A stretch of DNA of 64,000 nucleotides from Candidatus Latescibacterota bacterium (GCA_965204745.1 OZ242010.1:5216001-5280000), one strand, 5' to 3'. Counted from the stretch's first letter, positions 18,950 to 28,745 are shown. Numbers and translations are program-made. The notes: generated by a model from the sequence alone, not told the origin.

Positions 18950-19126
18950 GGGTGGAACGGATGGGCACGCACGGGCGGTTGGGTGGAACGCACGGGCGGT
19001 TGGGTGGCGCGGATGGGCACGCACGGGTGGTTGGGCGGAGTGGGCACGCACGGGCGGTTGAAGATTGCGGATTGATCACTGAGAACTTATTATATACAAG
19101 GACAAGCACAGGGCCCTGTCCCTACG
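18950..19126. repeat. Tandem GCACGCACGGGCGGTT units plus a GTAG-type REP-like palindrome
   Basis: Four degenerate units at 18964-19060; minus-strand GTAG-GGACA..TGTCC near 19100-19125. Confidence 0.65.
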
Positions 19127-19260
19127 GGGCTTGGGGATGGATGAACTGGCTACTGACGACTTGAGCGAGCGCGGTTGCCTTCTCCCTTCTCCCCTCTCCC
19201 CTCTCACGCCTTTCGGCCGGGGGGTTGGGTGGACTGACCACTGACCACTTGGAGATCTTC

Positions 19261-20337
19261 ATGCACGAACTCATAAACGGCATTGTGCCGACAGAGCCGG
19301 GGGAACAGGAGCGATTGATCGGACTCGGCGATCTGAAGAAAACCGCGCAGGGGCTGTACGAAGCTGCGGGCGTGCCAACCGCAGACGCGCAGTTGATGGC
19401 GCAGTTGCAGGGCGAAACCGATGTGCGCGGGGTTCACTCGCACGGCACGCGACACTTGCCCGGGTACTTGAAGCGCATCCAAACCGGGCACACCAATCCA
19501 AAACCCGAAATCCGCGTCGTGCGCGAAGGGCCTGCGTGGGCCACTGTGGATGGCGATGGCGGCTTGGGGCACTTGCCCTCGTATCGGGCCATGCAACTGG
19601 CAATCGCCAAAGCAGAGCACATGGGCATTGCCGCGACGACGGTGATCAACAGCCGGCACTACGGCGCGGCGGCCTGTTATGCCACCATGGCATTGGAACG
19701 CGACATGATCGGCTTTTGCGTGTCGAGCAGCAGCCGAGGCGTCGCGCCTTATGGGGGCATCGACCGCTTGTTGGGCAACCACGCGCTGGCTTATGCGATC
19801 CCCGCGGACAGGGAATATCCCATTGTGCTGGACATGGCAACGGGCCGCTCGGCCTGGGGCCGCGTGGCAACCATGCGCTTGTACGGGCAAAAATTAGAAG
19901 GCGCGTGGGTGTTAGACGAGGATGGGCAACTAACAGATGATCCGCATCGCGCCCACGCCTTGGTGGCGCCCGGCGGCGCGAAAGGCTCTGGGCTAAACGT
20001 CGTCATGGACGTGTTGAGCGGCATTCTCCCCTTTGGCTTGGCCACGGTGAATCGGGATCCCGAACTTCAGGGACAACGACGGGCTAGCCACTTTTTTCAG
20101 GCGATCAAAATCGAAACCTTTTGCGCTGTATCGGACTTCAAACGCGAAGTGGATCGCATGATCCAAACGATCCGCGCATCCCGGCCGCGCAGAGGCGTGG
20201 ACCGCATCTACGTGCCGGGGGAAATCGAGTGGCTAAAAAAGGCAACGTGGGAAAAGACCGGGATTCCCCTGCACAAAACGCATGTGGAAAGTTTGGAAAC
20301 CACAGCCGCAGAACTGGGCGTCGAGGTCGCGTGGTGA
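19261..20337 (+). CDS. Ldh_2 family (malate/L-lactate/ureidoglycolate-type) dehydrogenase
   Basis: DVRGVHSHG, NSRHYGAA, LDMAT, KGSGL, YVPGEIE. Confidence 0.9.
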   Translation: MHELINGIVPTEPGEQERLIGLGDLKKTAQGLYEAAGVPTADAQLMAQLQGETDVRGVHSHGTRHLPGYLKRIQTGHTNPKPEIRVVREGPAWATVDGDGGLGHLPSYRAMQLAIAKAEHMGIAATTVINSRHYGAAACYATMALERDMIGFCVSSSSRGVAPYGGIDRLLGNHALAYAIPADREYPIVLDMATGRSAWGRVATMRLYGQKLEGAWVLDEDGQLTDDPHRAHALVAPGGAKGSGLNVVMDVLSGILPFGLATVNRDPELQGQRRASHFFQAIKIETFCAVSDFKREVDRMIQTIRASRPRRGVDRIYVPGEIEWLKKATWEKTGIPLHKTHVESLETTAAELGVEVAW

Positions 20338-20342
20338 GGGAC

Positions 20343-21401
20343 ATGGACGACAAAAACACCCCTGTGGTCTCGATCATCATCCCCCATTACTTGGGAGATA
20401 TTCTCTCCGAGTGCCTGACGTTTGTGTACGAACGCACAGCCGACGGTTCCTTTGAGGTCATCGTGGCCGATGATCAGCCCTATCCCGACGGCAGCTTGGC
20501 GCGTGCCAAAGCGCGGTTTCCGGACATTCGCATCGTCAAAACCGGCGGGGGAAATGGCACGCCGAGCAAGGGCATGGGCGCGGGTTGCAACCGCGGCCTA
20601 GAAGTGGCGCGAGGCGCGTACGCGATGTTGCTCAATTCCGATGTGGAGGTGGGCGAGGGCTGGTTGCCGCCCCTGATCGATGCCCTGAGTTCTGACGCGG
20701 GGATTGGCGCGTGCCAGCCTAGGGTGCGATCCCTGCGCGACCGCAACATGTTCGATTACGGCGGCGCCGCGGGCGGCCTGATGGACCGCTGGGGATTTAC
20801 GTTTTGCCAAGGCCGAATTTTTGAGTTTGTCGAAGAGGATGTGGGGCAATACGACCATCCCCGCGATATTTTTTGGGCCATAGGAGGCGCGATGTTTTTG
20901 CGAATGGCGTGCCTCGAGCAAACGGGCCTGATGGACGAGGGCTTTTTCATGCACATGGAAGAAGTCGACTTGTGCTGGCGATTTCACTTGGCCGGGTATC
21001 GCCTCGTGTACGTGCCGGACGCTATCGTGTACCACTACAACGGCTTCACCCTCAGCGCGGACAGGTACAAAAAAGCGTATTTCAACCACCGCAATCAACT
21101 CGTGACACTGCTGAAAAACCTCTCCCTCTCGCGCCTGCTGTACAAAATCCCCATTCGCGTGGGCATGGAACTGGCAAATGTGTTGCTGCTGCTGAAGGGC
21201 AACTGGAAACACCCAGTCGCGGCACTCGCCGGCCTGCTGTGGGTCTTGTTGCACCCGGTCGACATCCTGCGGCGCAGGCGCGAAACCCAAAAGATGCGAA
21301 GCGTGGGCGATGGGGAGATAGAACGCAAGTTGTTTCAAGGCTCTGTGGTGTACCGCCATTTCATCCGCGGCGCGAAAACCGTGCGCGATTTGGGGGCTTG
21401 A
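20343..21401 (+). CDS. Glycosyltransferase family 2
   Basis: VSIIIP, GAGCNRG, LLNSDVEV, FDYGGAAGG, HMEEVDLCWR. Confidence 0.9.
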   Translation: MDDKNTPVVSIIIPHYLGDILSECLTFVYERTADGSFEVIVADDQPYPDGSLARAKARFPDIRIVKTGGGNGTPSKGMGAGCNRGLEVARGAYAMLLNSDVEVGEGWLPPLIDALSSDAGIGACQPRVRSLRDRNMFDYGGAAGGLMDRWGFTFCQGRIFEFVEEDVGQYDHPRDIFWAIGGAMFLRMACLEQTGLMDEGFFMHMEEVDLCWRFHLAGYRLVYVPDAIVYHYNGFTLSADRYKKAYFNHRNQLVTLLKNLSLSRLLYKIPIRVGMELANVLLLLKGNWKHPVAALAGLLWVLLHPVDILRRRRETQKMRSVGDGEIERKLFQGSVVYRHFIRGAKTVRDLGA

Positions 21402-21458
21402 GACCAGAGGTATGGGCGCGATAGAGAACGTGCAACAGCGGTAAAAAGTCACAGGATT

Positions 21459-21838
21459 ATACCAAATTGATTTTAGGTTGTCCGTATCCTGCCTCCTATC
21501 AAGGAGGAATGAGGAACAGACGTTCCGTACGGATCATGCGGTGCTTGTCTAAAGCGTTTGGTTCTGCATTCTCGTTTGTTGCCTTCAATGCCTTCGGCGA
21601 CCTACTTTTTTTCAACAGCAAAAAAAGTAGGCAAAAAATGCCGCTCTCAAACGCCGAGGGGCTTGCACAGCGCAAATCGCTTTTGTAGCAGTACGACATG
21701 AGACAGCCTGCAAAGGGGGTTGCATTATGGATGTGGGTTGCGAGACGGACTTGCGCGCTGTGCGTGATGGCTTTAGCTGATGGTGTTTTGCGAGGGCATG
21801 GTTGCAAGGGTTTCTCTGAATGACTGCGGAACGTCAAA
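21459..21838 (+). repeat. Non-coding dispersed repeat family B, copy 1 (~380 bp)
   Basis: Homologous to 33735-34061 (reverse) and 46031-46405; internal hairpin CCTACTTTTTTT..AAAAAAAGTAGG. Confidence 0.85.
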
Positions 21839-21857
21839 TGAGCGGAGCGAGGAGTAG

Positions 21858-23033
21858 GTGAATGTCATGAAAGCGATTGGTCTCATGTCTGGCACGTCTG
21901 CGGATGGGGTGGATGCCGCGCTCGTGGAACTCCACGCCTCCGCTGGGCGCGTGTCTCTGCTCGGGTATTGCGAAGTGCCGTTCTCCGCGGCTGTTCGACG
22001 CGAAATTTTGTCCCTTTGCGAAAGCGGGCGCGTAGATGCGATCTGCCGCATGGACGCCGCATTGGGCGAGTGGTTTGCAGAAGCGGCCCTGCGCGTGTGC
22101 GAACAAGCGGGCATCGGCGCGGAAGAAGTCGATGTGATCGGATCGCACGGGCAAACCATCCACCACTTGCCCGCGCTCGGACAAAGTGCCGGCAAACGGG
22201 TGCGGTCAACCCTGCAAATCGGCAACCCCTCGGTCATCGCAGAGCGCACGGGCATCACCACCGCCTCGGACTTTCGGTCGCGGGATATGGCCGCAGGCGG
22301 GCAGGGCGCGCCGCTCGTGCCGCTGGTGGATTACCTTTTGTTTCGCGCTGAAAACGCGGGCCGCGTCATGCTCAACATCGGCGGCATTGCCAACGTCAAT
22401 GTGTTACCCGCAAGGTGCGACCTATCAGATGTATTCGCGTTCGACACCGGGCCTGGGAACATGGTCATCGACGGCGTCATACGAGCACTCACCCGCGGCA
22501 AACGCGCTTATGACCAAAACGGCACCTGCGCGGCCCAAGGGCGGGTCCGCCAAGCCCTGTTGGACGACCTCATGGCGCATCCCTTCTTCGACCTGCCCCC
22601 TCCCAAATCGACCGGACGCGAGGACTTCGGGGATGCCGTGGTCCGCAAAATCCTCAACTGCGGCGGCAACCCGGCAGACCTCATCCGAACAACGACGCAA
22701 TGGACCGTGCAAACCATCGCTCTCGGCCTCGAGCGATTCGTCTTTCCCAAGTGCGAAATCCGCGAAGTCATCGCAAGCGGCGGCGGCGCGCACAACCCGA
22801 CCCTCATGGCGCTCTTGGCCCGCGCACTCGGTCGCATCTCCCTGCGCCGCCTGGACGACTTGGGCATGGCATCCAACGCAAAAGAAGCCATCGCCTTCGC
22901 AATTCTGGCCTGCCAAACCGTGCGGGGCCTGCCCGGCAATGTGCCGAGCGTAACGGGTGCGTCCAAACGAGTGATCCTGGGCAGCATTACCCCGGGCCGT
23001 CGCCTGCGGATAAAAGTTGATTCAACGCGCTGA
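21858..23033 (+). CDS. anmK: Anhydro-N-acetylmuramic acid kinase
   Basis: IGLMSGTSADGVD, GSHGQT, DFRSRDMAAGGQGAPLVP, NIGGIAN, FDTGPGN, PPKSTGRE, KEAIAFA. Confidence 0.95.
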   Translation: MNVMKAIGLMSGTSADGVDAALVELHASAGRVSLLGYCEVPFSAAVRREILSLCESGRVDAICRMDAALGEWFAEAALRVCEQAGIGAEEVDVIGSHGQTIHHLPALGQSAGKRVRSTLQIGNPSVIAERTGITTASDFRSRDMAAGGQGAPLVPLVDYLLFRAENAGRVMLNIGGIANVNVLPARCDLSDVFAFDTGPGNMVIDGVIRALTRGKRAYDQNGTCAAQGRVRQALLDDLMAHPFFDLPPPKSTGREDFGDAVVRKILNCGGNPADLIRTTTQWTVQTIALGLERFVFPKCEIREVIASGGGAHNPTLMALLARALGRISLRRLDDLGMASNAKEAIAFAILACQTVRGLPGNVPSVTGASKRVILGSITPGRRLRIKVDSTR

Positions 23034-23046
23034 GTTGGGTAATTTT

Positions 23047-23110
23047 CAGTGGTCAGTGGTCAGTCAGTGGTCAGTGGTCAGTAGTCAGTAGTCAGTAGTC
23101 AGTAGTCAGT
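23047..23110. repeat. Heptamer tandem repeat (CAGTGGT/CAGTAGT)n
   Basis: Reverse complement of the ACTGACC arrays near 7586, 19234 and 32851-33033. Confidence 0.85.
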
Positions 23111-23217
23111 CCCCGCCCAACCCCTACCGCTATGTTCGTTAGAATTAGGTTGTGTTGACATTTCATTTGTTCCTTTGATGGCTTCTCGCTCTGGTTGCTC
23201 TGATGGCGTTGCGCGGG

Positions 23218-23516
23218 GGGACCTATCCCCCCGGCCCCCTTTCCTACGAGGAAAGGGGGAGCGCATGGCTTTCTTGAAGGGTTGTCTCCCTGGCTGTTCT
23301 GATGGCTTTGGGCGAATGGATCACGCCATAGAAACCCAAACCCCCATCGCGCAATCCCTCGGAAAACCACTCACAGTTCCCCCTTCCTCGCAGGAAGGGG
23401 GTTAGGGGGTAGGTCCCACCTCGCAAAACCGCTCTACAGTTCCCCCCTTCCTCGCAGGCACAGGCGTAGCCTACAACGAAGCGAAGCGAGTAACGGGGGC
23501 CAGGGGGGTAGGTCCC
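23218..23516. mobile_element. MITE-like palindromic element, family A
   Basis: Terminal IRs GGGACCTAYCCCCC..GGCCCCC; inverted homolog at 46464-46683. Confidence 0.75.
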
Positions 23517-23594
23517 GATAAGGAGCGACTATTCCAGTTTCTCAAGGGGAGGCAGGGTGGCCCTCTTCCGTCTCCCCTCTTGTATCTTGGAAGT

Positions 23595-23779
23595 AAGGGT
23601 TAATTAGGAGTTGCGCCCTCGTATCGAGATAAGCCATCTTGATGCCCGGCTCGGGGAAGGCCGGCCCCTCTTGAAGGCGATGACCTTGTAGGTAAGATAG
23701 GCCCCCCGACCGCCGGGTCTATGCCGAAGAGTATCTAAGCCCCTTGAGGCTGCATATACAAGACCGGTAGACTTGGCGT
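23595..23779 (+). ncRNA. IS110 bridge RNA, copy 2 (ends approximate)
   Basis: Same as 7672-7856, offset +15923. Confidence 0.9.
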
Positions 23780-23847
23780 CAATGGTCGGGACGCGACCCC
23801 GAGCGCGCACCAGATCCCTTACAACCCCCTCATCACAGGAGGCCCCC

Positions 23848-24855
23848 ATGTCGAAATCTCACCCCGCTTTTGCCGGCATTGATGTCAGTGCCCGCACGTT
23901 GTCCGTTGCCCTGTCCAGACCCGGACAAGCTGTCATGCAAGCGACCTTTGCCAATGATCCCCAAGCGCATAAGCGGTTGCTGAAGTGGCTCACGAAGGGC
24001 GGGCACATGGTCTCTGTGTGCCTCGAAGCGACCGGGCTTTACAGTTTGGGGGTGGCCTTGGCCTTGCATCGGCATCGCCACACAAAGGTCATGGTCGTCA
24101 ATCCCAAAGCGATGAGCAAGTACGCCCAAGCCTGCATGCAACGGGCGAAGACGGATGCGAAGGATGCGTTGTTGATCCTCGACTATGCCGAGCGCATGCC
24201 TTTTGTGCCTTGGCAAGCGCCGAGCGAGCAACGGCTTCAACTGCAAGCCCTCACCAGACGCATTGACCAACTCAAGCAGGAGATCATCCGCGAACAGAGC
24301 CGCAACCACGCGCAGAGCTACCACATCCGCAGCACACGTCTCATCGCACGCGATATTCAGGTGAATATTCGACACTTCAAACGCCGGATTGCATACTTGG
24401 AAAGCCAAGCCCTCGATCTCGTTTTGCACGATGAGCCCCTCAAGCGTGCCTACCAACGCCTCTGCTCGACGCCTGGCATCGCGCAAACGAGTGCCTTGCG
24501 GCTCTTGGCCGAGTTGACCCTTTTGCCAGAGGAGATGCAACCGCCCCAGTGGGTCGCACATGCAGGCCTGGATCCCAAACCCAAACAATCCGGAACCGCC
24601 AATCCACAAAGACGCATCTCGAAAACCGGGAATAAGTACCTCCGCCATGCCCTCTATATGCCTGCCTGGGTGGCCATCAGACACGAAGGCCATGTCAAAG
24701 CCTTCTATGACCAACTCATCGCCCGCGGCAAGAAACCTTTGCAGGCTATCGTTGCGGTGATGCGAAAGTTGCTCCATTCGATCTGGGGCATGTTGCGCCA
24801 TGACCAAGATTTTGAGGGCGAAAAATTCTATCGAATCACCCCGAAAACCCCTTGA
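23848..24855 (+). CDS. IS110 family transposase / bridge recombinase
   Basis: Protein identical to 7925-8932. Confidence 0.97.
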   Translation: MSKSHPAFAGIDVSARTLSVALSRPGQAVMQATFANDPQAHKRLLKWLTKGGHMVSVCLEATGLYSLGVALALHRHRHTKVMVVNPKAMSKYAQACMQRAKTDAKDALLILDYAERMPFVPWQAPSEQRLQLQALTRRIDQLKQEIIREQSRNHAQSYHIRSTRLIARDIQVNIRHFKRRIAYLESQALDLVLHDEPLKRAYQRLCSTPGIAQTSALRLLAELTLLPEEMQPPQWVAHAGLDPKPKQSGTANPQRRISKTGNKYLRHALYMPAWVAIRHEGHVKAFYDQLIARGKKPLQAIVAVMRKLLHSIWGMLRHDQDFEGEKFYRITPKTP

Positions 24856-24894
24856 CCTTTTAAGAGAGTATCTTACCTCTCACGCCTTACCGTC

Positions 24895-25716
24895 ATGTCC
24901 GACATCCTACTCATAACAACCGCCAGCGCGTACATCGCCAGCGCGATAGGATACGCCCTCCATTTCCACCGGCCCAAAGCGCTGTGGCGCGGGTTGAGCA
25001 CATGGGGCCTGTGGGCCGGGTGGGGCCTGCACACCGCGTTGTTGGGCGCGATTGCGATGGCCACGGGCGGCATCCCCTTGACCAATCAGGTCTTGCCCTC
25101 ATTGTGCGCGTGGTTGGTCGTGGTCGTTTACGCGTACCTCGAAGTGAGTAGCCGAGATCGCTCCTTGGGCGCGCTCATCGTGCCCATTGTGGTGATCTTG
25201 CACCTGTTGACCCTGTCCAAATTGTTCGGCGTCGAGCATATCCAAGGCACGGGATACAGCGGCGGCTGGTTCAAACTCCACGTCCTGGCCTATCTCCTCG
25301 CGTACACGGCATTTGCGATTTCCTGCGTCGGGGGCATCATGTACCTCGTGCTCTTGGGCGAAATTCAGGCCAAGCACTTTGGGTTTTTCTACGGCCGATT
25401 GCCGTCGCTCGAGGTGTTGAACCAGATCACCAACCGCGCCGCCACTTTTGGCTTTGTCTTCTTGACGAGTGGGTGCATTGCCAGTTCGGTGTGGGCGTTT
25501 CAGCACTTCTCGCAGGTCTCGATTTGGCGCGAGCCCGTGTTTTTGCCCGTGCTCATCGCTTGGATCATCTACGCGGGCAACCTCGCGGCGCGCTGGTGGG
25601 GCGGCTGGCAGGGCAAGCGGGCCGCGTTTTTGTCCATCATCGGGTTCGCACTCGTGGTGCTGGCCTTTCCCGTGGTGGGCGTTCTCTTTTCCGGCCCCCA
25701 CAACGTAGGGCCTTGA
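24895..25716 (+). CDS. Cytochrome c assembly protein (CcsA/HemX-like)
   Basis: Multi-TM; HV...LLAY, LPSLE.L, W..W.GKRAA; sits upstream of hemA. Confidence 0.85.
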   Translation: MSDILLITTASAYIASAIGYALHFHRPKALWRGLSTWGLWAGWGLHTALLGAIAMATGGIPLTNQVLPSLCAWLVVVVYAYLEVSSRDRSLGALIVPIVVILHLLTLSKLFGVEHIQGTGYSGGWFKLHVLAYLLAYTAFAISCVGGIMYLVLLGEIQAKHFGFFYGRLPSLEVLNQITNRAATFGFVFLTSGCIASSVWAFQHFSQVSIWREPVFLPVLIAWIIYAGNLAARWWGGWQGKRAAFLSIIGFALVVLAFPVVGVLFSGPHNVGP

Positions 25717-25718
25717 CC

Positions 25719-26357
25719 ATGCGCTATCCCGTGTTTTTGAAATTGGATGACAAACCCTGCGTCGTAATCGGCGCGGGCCGGGTTGCCGAACGCCGGGTGC
25801 GCGGCCTGTGCGACGCCAAGGCGCGCGTGAAAGTCGTGGGGATGACCGCGACCCCGGGGATCCTAACTCTGGCCGACGCGGGCGCGGTTCGCCTGTACCG
25901 ACGGGCGTTTGAACCGGGAGACGTGGATGGTTGCTTTCTCGCCATCGCCGCGACCGACAACGCCTGCGTCAATCGGGCCGTGCAGAAGGCAGCGCGGCGC
26001 AAAGGCGTCTTGTTCTGCGGCGCGGATCATCACTCGGACGGCGATTTTACCGTGCCCGCAGTGGTGCGGCACGGCGCATTGCAACTGGCGATCTCCACCG
26101 GGGGCGGCAGTCCCGCGTACGCCGCGTTGTTGCGCCGAGAACTCCACGCCTTTTTGGACGCCGGGCACGCGCAGTTGTTGGACTTGCTGTGCGATTTGCG
26201 ACCCAAAATTTACGCGCGATTTCCCGACTCGCCAGAGCAGCGGCAAAAGTTCTGGCAGCAGATCGTCACACCCGATACCCTGACCATGGCGCGCAATGGT
26301 CAATGGGCTGAACTCGAGAAACGGATACGAGCATGTCTCTCGTCGTCATTGGACTGA
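25719..26357 (+). CDS. Precorrin-2 dehydrogenase / sirohydrochlorin ferrochelatase (CysG N-terminal, Met8-like)
   Basis: YPVFL, VVIGAGRVAERR, AATD, AISTGGGSPA. Confidence 0.9.
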   Translation: MRYPVFLKLDDKPCVVIGAGRVAERRVRGLCDAKARVKVVGMTATPGILTLADAGAVRLYRRAFEPGDVDGCFLAIAATDNACVNRAVQKAARRKGVLFCGADHHSDGDFTVPAVVRHGALQLAISTGGGSPAYAALLRRELHAFLDAGHAQLLDLLCDLRPKIYARFPDSPEQRQKFWQQIVTPDTLTMARNGQWAELEKRIRACLSSSLD

Positions 26358-27613
26358 GCTACCGCACCGCGCCGGTTGAAATCCGAGATGGCGTCGCGGT
26401 GTTGCCCCATGCATTGGAAGGGGTCTTGCAAGGCTTTGCCACCGTGCCCGAAATCGCCGAATGCGCGGTTTTATCCACTTGCAATCGCTCGGAAGTCTAT
26501 TGCGTAACGCACGATACCCACGCGGCCCGAGACGCGGTGATCGCCAAGTGGTGCGACCAAAGCGGGCTGGCGCCGGACGCGCTGTGCCGGCATCTGTTCG
26601 TCTATCGGGACGCAGACGCCGCGCGCCACCTGTTTGGCGTGGCCGCCGGGCTGGATTCGATGGTGATGGGCGAACCGCAAATCGCCGCGCAGGTCAAAGA
26701 GGCCGGGGCCGCCGCGCTCTCTGCTGGCGCGAGCAAAACCGTGCTCAACCGCCTGTTTCGCGCCGCGACCGAGGCGTCCAAGCGGGCGCGCACAGAGACC
26801 GAGATCGCGACCGGCGCCGTGTCTGTGAGCTTTGCTGCGGTGGAACTCGCGAAGAAAATTTTTGGGCACCTAGACGGGCAAACGGCCTTGGTGCTCGGCG
26901 CGGGCGAGATGAGCGAATTGACTGCGCGACATCTCGCGGACCAAGGCGTGAAATCCTTGTTGGTGACGAGCCGCACGTTTGCGCGGGCGCGCGATTTGGC
27001 GATGCGCGTGGGCGGGCGCGCCATCCACTTTGCCGAGGGCATGGACAATTTGCACGCCGCAGACGTGATCATCAGTTCCACGAGCGCGGAGAATTACGTT
27101 TTGGAACGCCATCATGTCGCGTCGGCCATGCACCAGCGCAAGAACCGCTCCATGTTTTTGATCGACATTGCCGTGCCCCGCGACATCGACCCGGCAGTGG
27201 GCGATCTGTACAATGTGTTTCTCTACGACCTCGACGATTTGGAATCCGTCGTCGGTGCGAATTTGGAAAAGCGAAAAACCGAAGCGGAAAAGGTCAATGC
27301 GATTTTAGAAGGAGAAGTGAGGGCGTTTTCCGCGTGGGTCAATTCCCTCGACGTGGTGCCCGCTATCGTGGCCCTGCGCCGGCACTTTCAATCGTTCATG
27401 GACGCCGAACTCGCGCAGGCCAAGTTGGCCGAGTTTTCAGACGACCAACGCGCACAAGTCGCCAATGTGGTGCGCCGATTTATGAACAAAGTGTTGCACA
27501 AACCCGTGATACGCCTCAAGGAAGCAGCCGAAGAAGAAGACAGCGGCGCGTACGTGGCGGCCCTGTCCTACTTGTTCGATCTCGCGGTTGAAAAAAGAAA
27601 GATGGAAGTTTAG
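26333..27613 (+). CDS. hemA: Glutamyl-tRNA reductase
   Basis: LSTCNRSE, GLDSMVMGEPQI, GAGEM, DIAVPRDI. Confidence 0.97.
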   Translation: MSLVVIGLSYRTAPVEIRDGVAVLPHALEGVLQGFATVPEIAECAVLSTCNRSEVYCVTHDTHAARDAVIAKWCDQSGLAPDALCRHLFVYRDADAARHLFGVAAGLDSMVMGEPQIAAQVKEAGAAALSAGASKTVLNRLFRAATEASKRARTETEIATGAVSVSFAAVELAKKIFGHLDGQTALVLGAGEMSELTARHLADQGVKSLLVTSRTFARARDLAMRVGGRAIHFAEGMDNLHAADVIISSTSAENYVLERHHVASAMHQRKNRSMFLIDIAVPRDIDPAVGDLYNVFLYDLDDLESVVGANLEKRKTEAEKVNAILEGEVRAFSAWVNSLDVVPAIVALRRHFQSFMDAELAQAKLAEFSDDQRAQVANVVRRFMNKVLHKPVIRLKEAAEEEDSGAYVAALSYLFDLAVEKRKMEV

Positions 27614-27717
27614 CCACAAAAGGCACAAAAGGCACAAAAGGCACGAGCGGGGTACAACTGGCGATAGCCAGTTCAAAGGCACGAGCGGGGTACAACTGGC
27701 GATAGCCAGTTCAAAGG
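27614..27717. repeat. CACAAAAGG 9-mer array carrying two 30-bp hairpin modules
   Basis: GAGCGGGGTACAACTGGCGATAGCCAGTTC at 27645-27674 and 27683-27712. Confidence 0.85.
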
Positions 27718-27778
27718 TGAGCAATGTGTGTAGGGGATGCACCCGTGCTCGCCCAAAGAGACAAGAGGGACAAGGATA

Positions 27779-28702
27779 ATGATCATCGGTAGCCGAGGAA
27801 GCGCGCTGGCTCTGTGGCAGGGCAACTGGGCAAAGCGAAAATTAGAGGACGCACATCCCGAACTCAAACCCGAGATCGCGGTGATTAAGACGCAGGGGGA
27901 TCGCTTGTCCGAAACCCCGCTGTCCCAAATCGGCGGCAAAGAGGTGTGGACCAAAGAAATCGAGAATGCCCTGTTGGCCGGGCGCATCGATCTGGCGGTT
28001 CACAGCTTGAAAGACCTGCCCGCGCAGTTGCCGAATGGATTGGCCCTCGGCGCGATCAGCCTGCGCGAGGACGTGCGAGATGTGTTGGTGAGCAAGCGCG
28101 ATCAGGGGTTTTGGGATTTGCCAAAAGGCGCGGTGCTCGCAACGAGCAGTTTGCGGCGGCAAGCCCAACTGCGGCACGCACGCCCTGACCTGCGTTTCGT
28201 GGAAATGCGCGGCAATGTGGATACGCGCCTCAAAAAATTCCGCGCGAAAAATATAGACGGCATCGTCCTCGCCGCCGCCGGTTTGAAGCGGTTGGGCTTG
28301 GAAACCCACATCGCGGATTATCTCGACCCTGCCCTGTGTTTGCCCGCGCCCGGTCAAGGCGCGCTCGGCATCGAAATACGCGCAGGTGACCGCGAGGTTT
28401 TGCGATGGATCGCCGTTTTGAACCACGCGGAAACCCAGCGCGCTGTCACCGCAGAACGCGCCATGCTGGCGGCCCTGGGCGGAGGCTGCCGCGTCCCTAT
28501 CGGTGGTTTGGCGACCTGTGATGCGTCCCTATCGCGCTTGCGCGCAGTCGTGGCCTCGGCCGATGGCAAGCGGATCATCCGATCACAACGAGCGAGCACC
28601 AAAGACACCCCCGACCAACTAGGCCACCGCGTCGCCCAAACCCTCCTCGCCCAAGGCGCGTCAGAAATTTTGGCATTGGAACAACGCGGCGATAGACGAT
28701 GA
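27779..28702 (+). CDS. hemC: Hydroxymethylbilane synthase (porphobilinogen deaminase)
   Basis: GSRGSALALWQ, DLAVHSLKD, TSSLRR, RGNVDTR, GGGCRVPIG. Confidence 0.97.
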   Translation: MIIGSRGSALALWQGNWAKRKLEDAHPELKPEIAVIKTQGDRLSETPLSQIGGKEVWTKEIENALLAGRIDLAVHSLKDLPAQLPNGLALGAISLREDVRDVLVSKRDQGFWDLPKGAVLATSSLRRQAQLRHARPDLRFVEMRGNVDTRLKKFRAKNIDGIVLAAAGLKRLGLETHIADYLDPALCLPAPGQGALGIEIRAGDREVLRWIAVLNHAETQRAVTAERAMLAALGGGCRVPIGGLATCDASLSRLRAVVASADGKRIIRSQRASTKDTPDQLGHRVAQTLLAQGASEILALEQRGDRR

Positions 28703-28745
28703 TCTCCTGTTGCGGGGAGATCGAGAAGGCACAAAGAGGTTTGGA

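Larger units (their letters stand above)
23581..24873 (+). mobile_element. IS110-family element, copy 2, 1293 bp
   Basis: Junctions cccct[CT]tgtatc and agagtat[CT]tacctc; no differences from copy 1 seen. Confidence 0.95.

Noticed and set aside
7658-24873. Composite transposon bounded by the two IS110 copies
   Set aside because: Each copy has its own complete left and right target halves, consistent with independent insertions, and the interval holds ordinary metabolic genes. Recombination between the copies cannot be excluded.
27614-27717. Possible mini-CRISPR (two ~30-bp hairpin repeats)
   Set aside because: The spacer is only 8 bp and is part of a 9-mer microsatellite; no cas genes are present.
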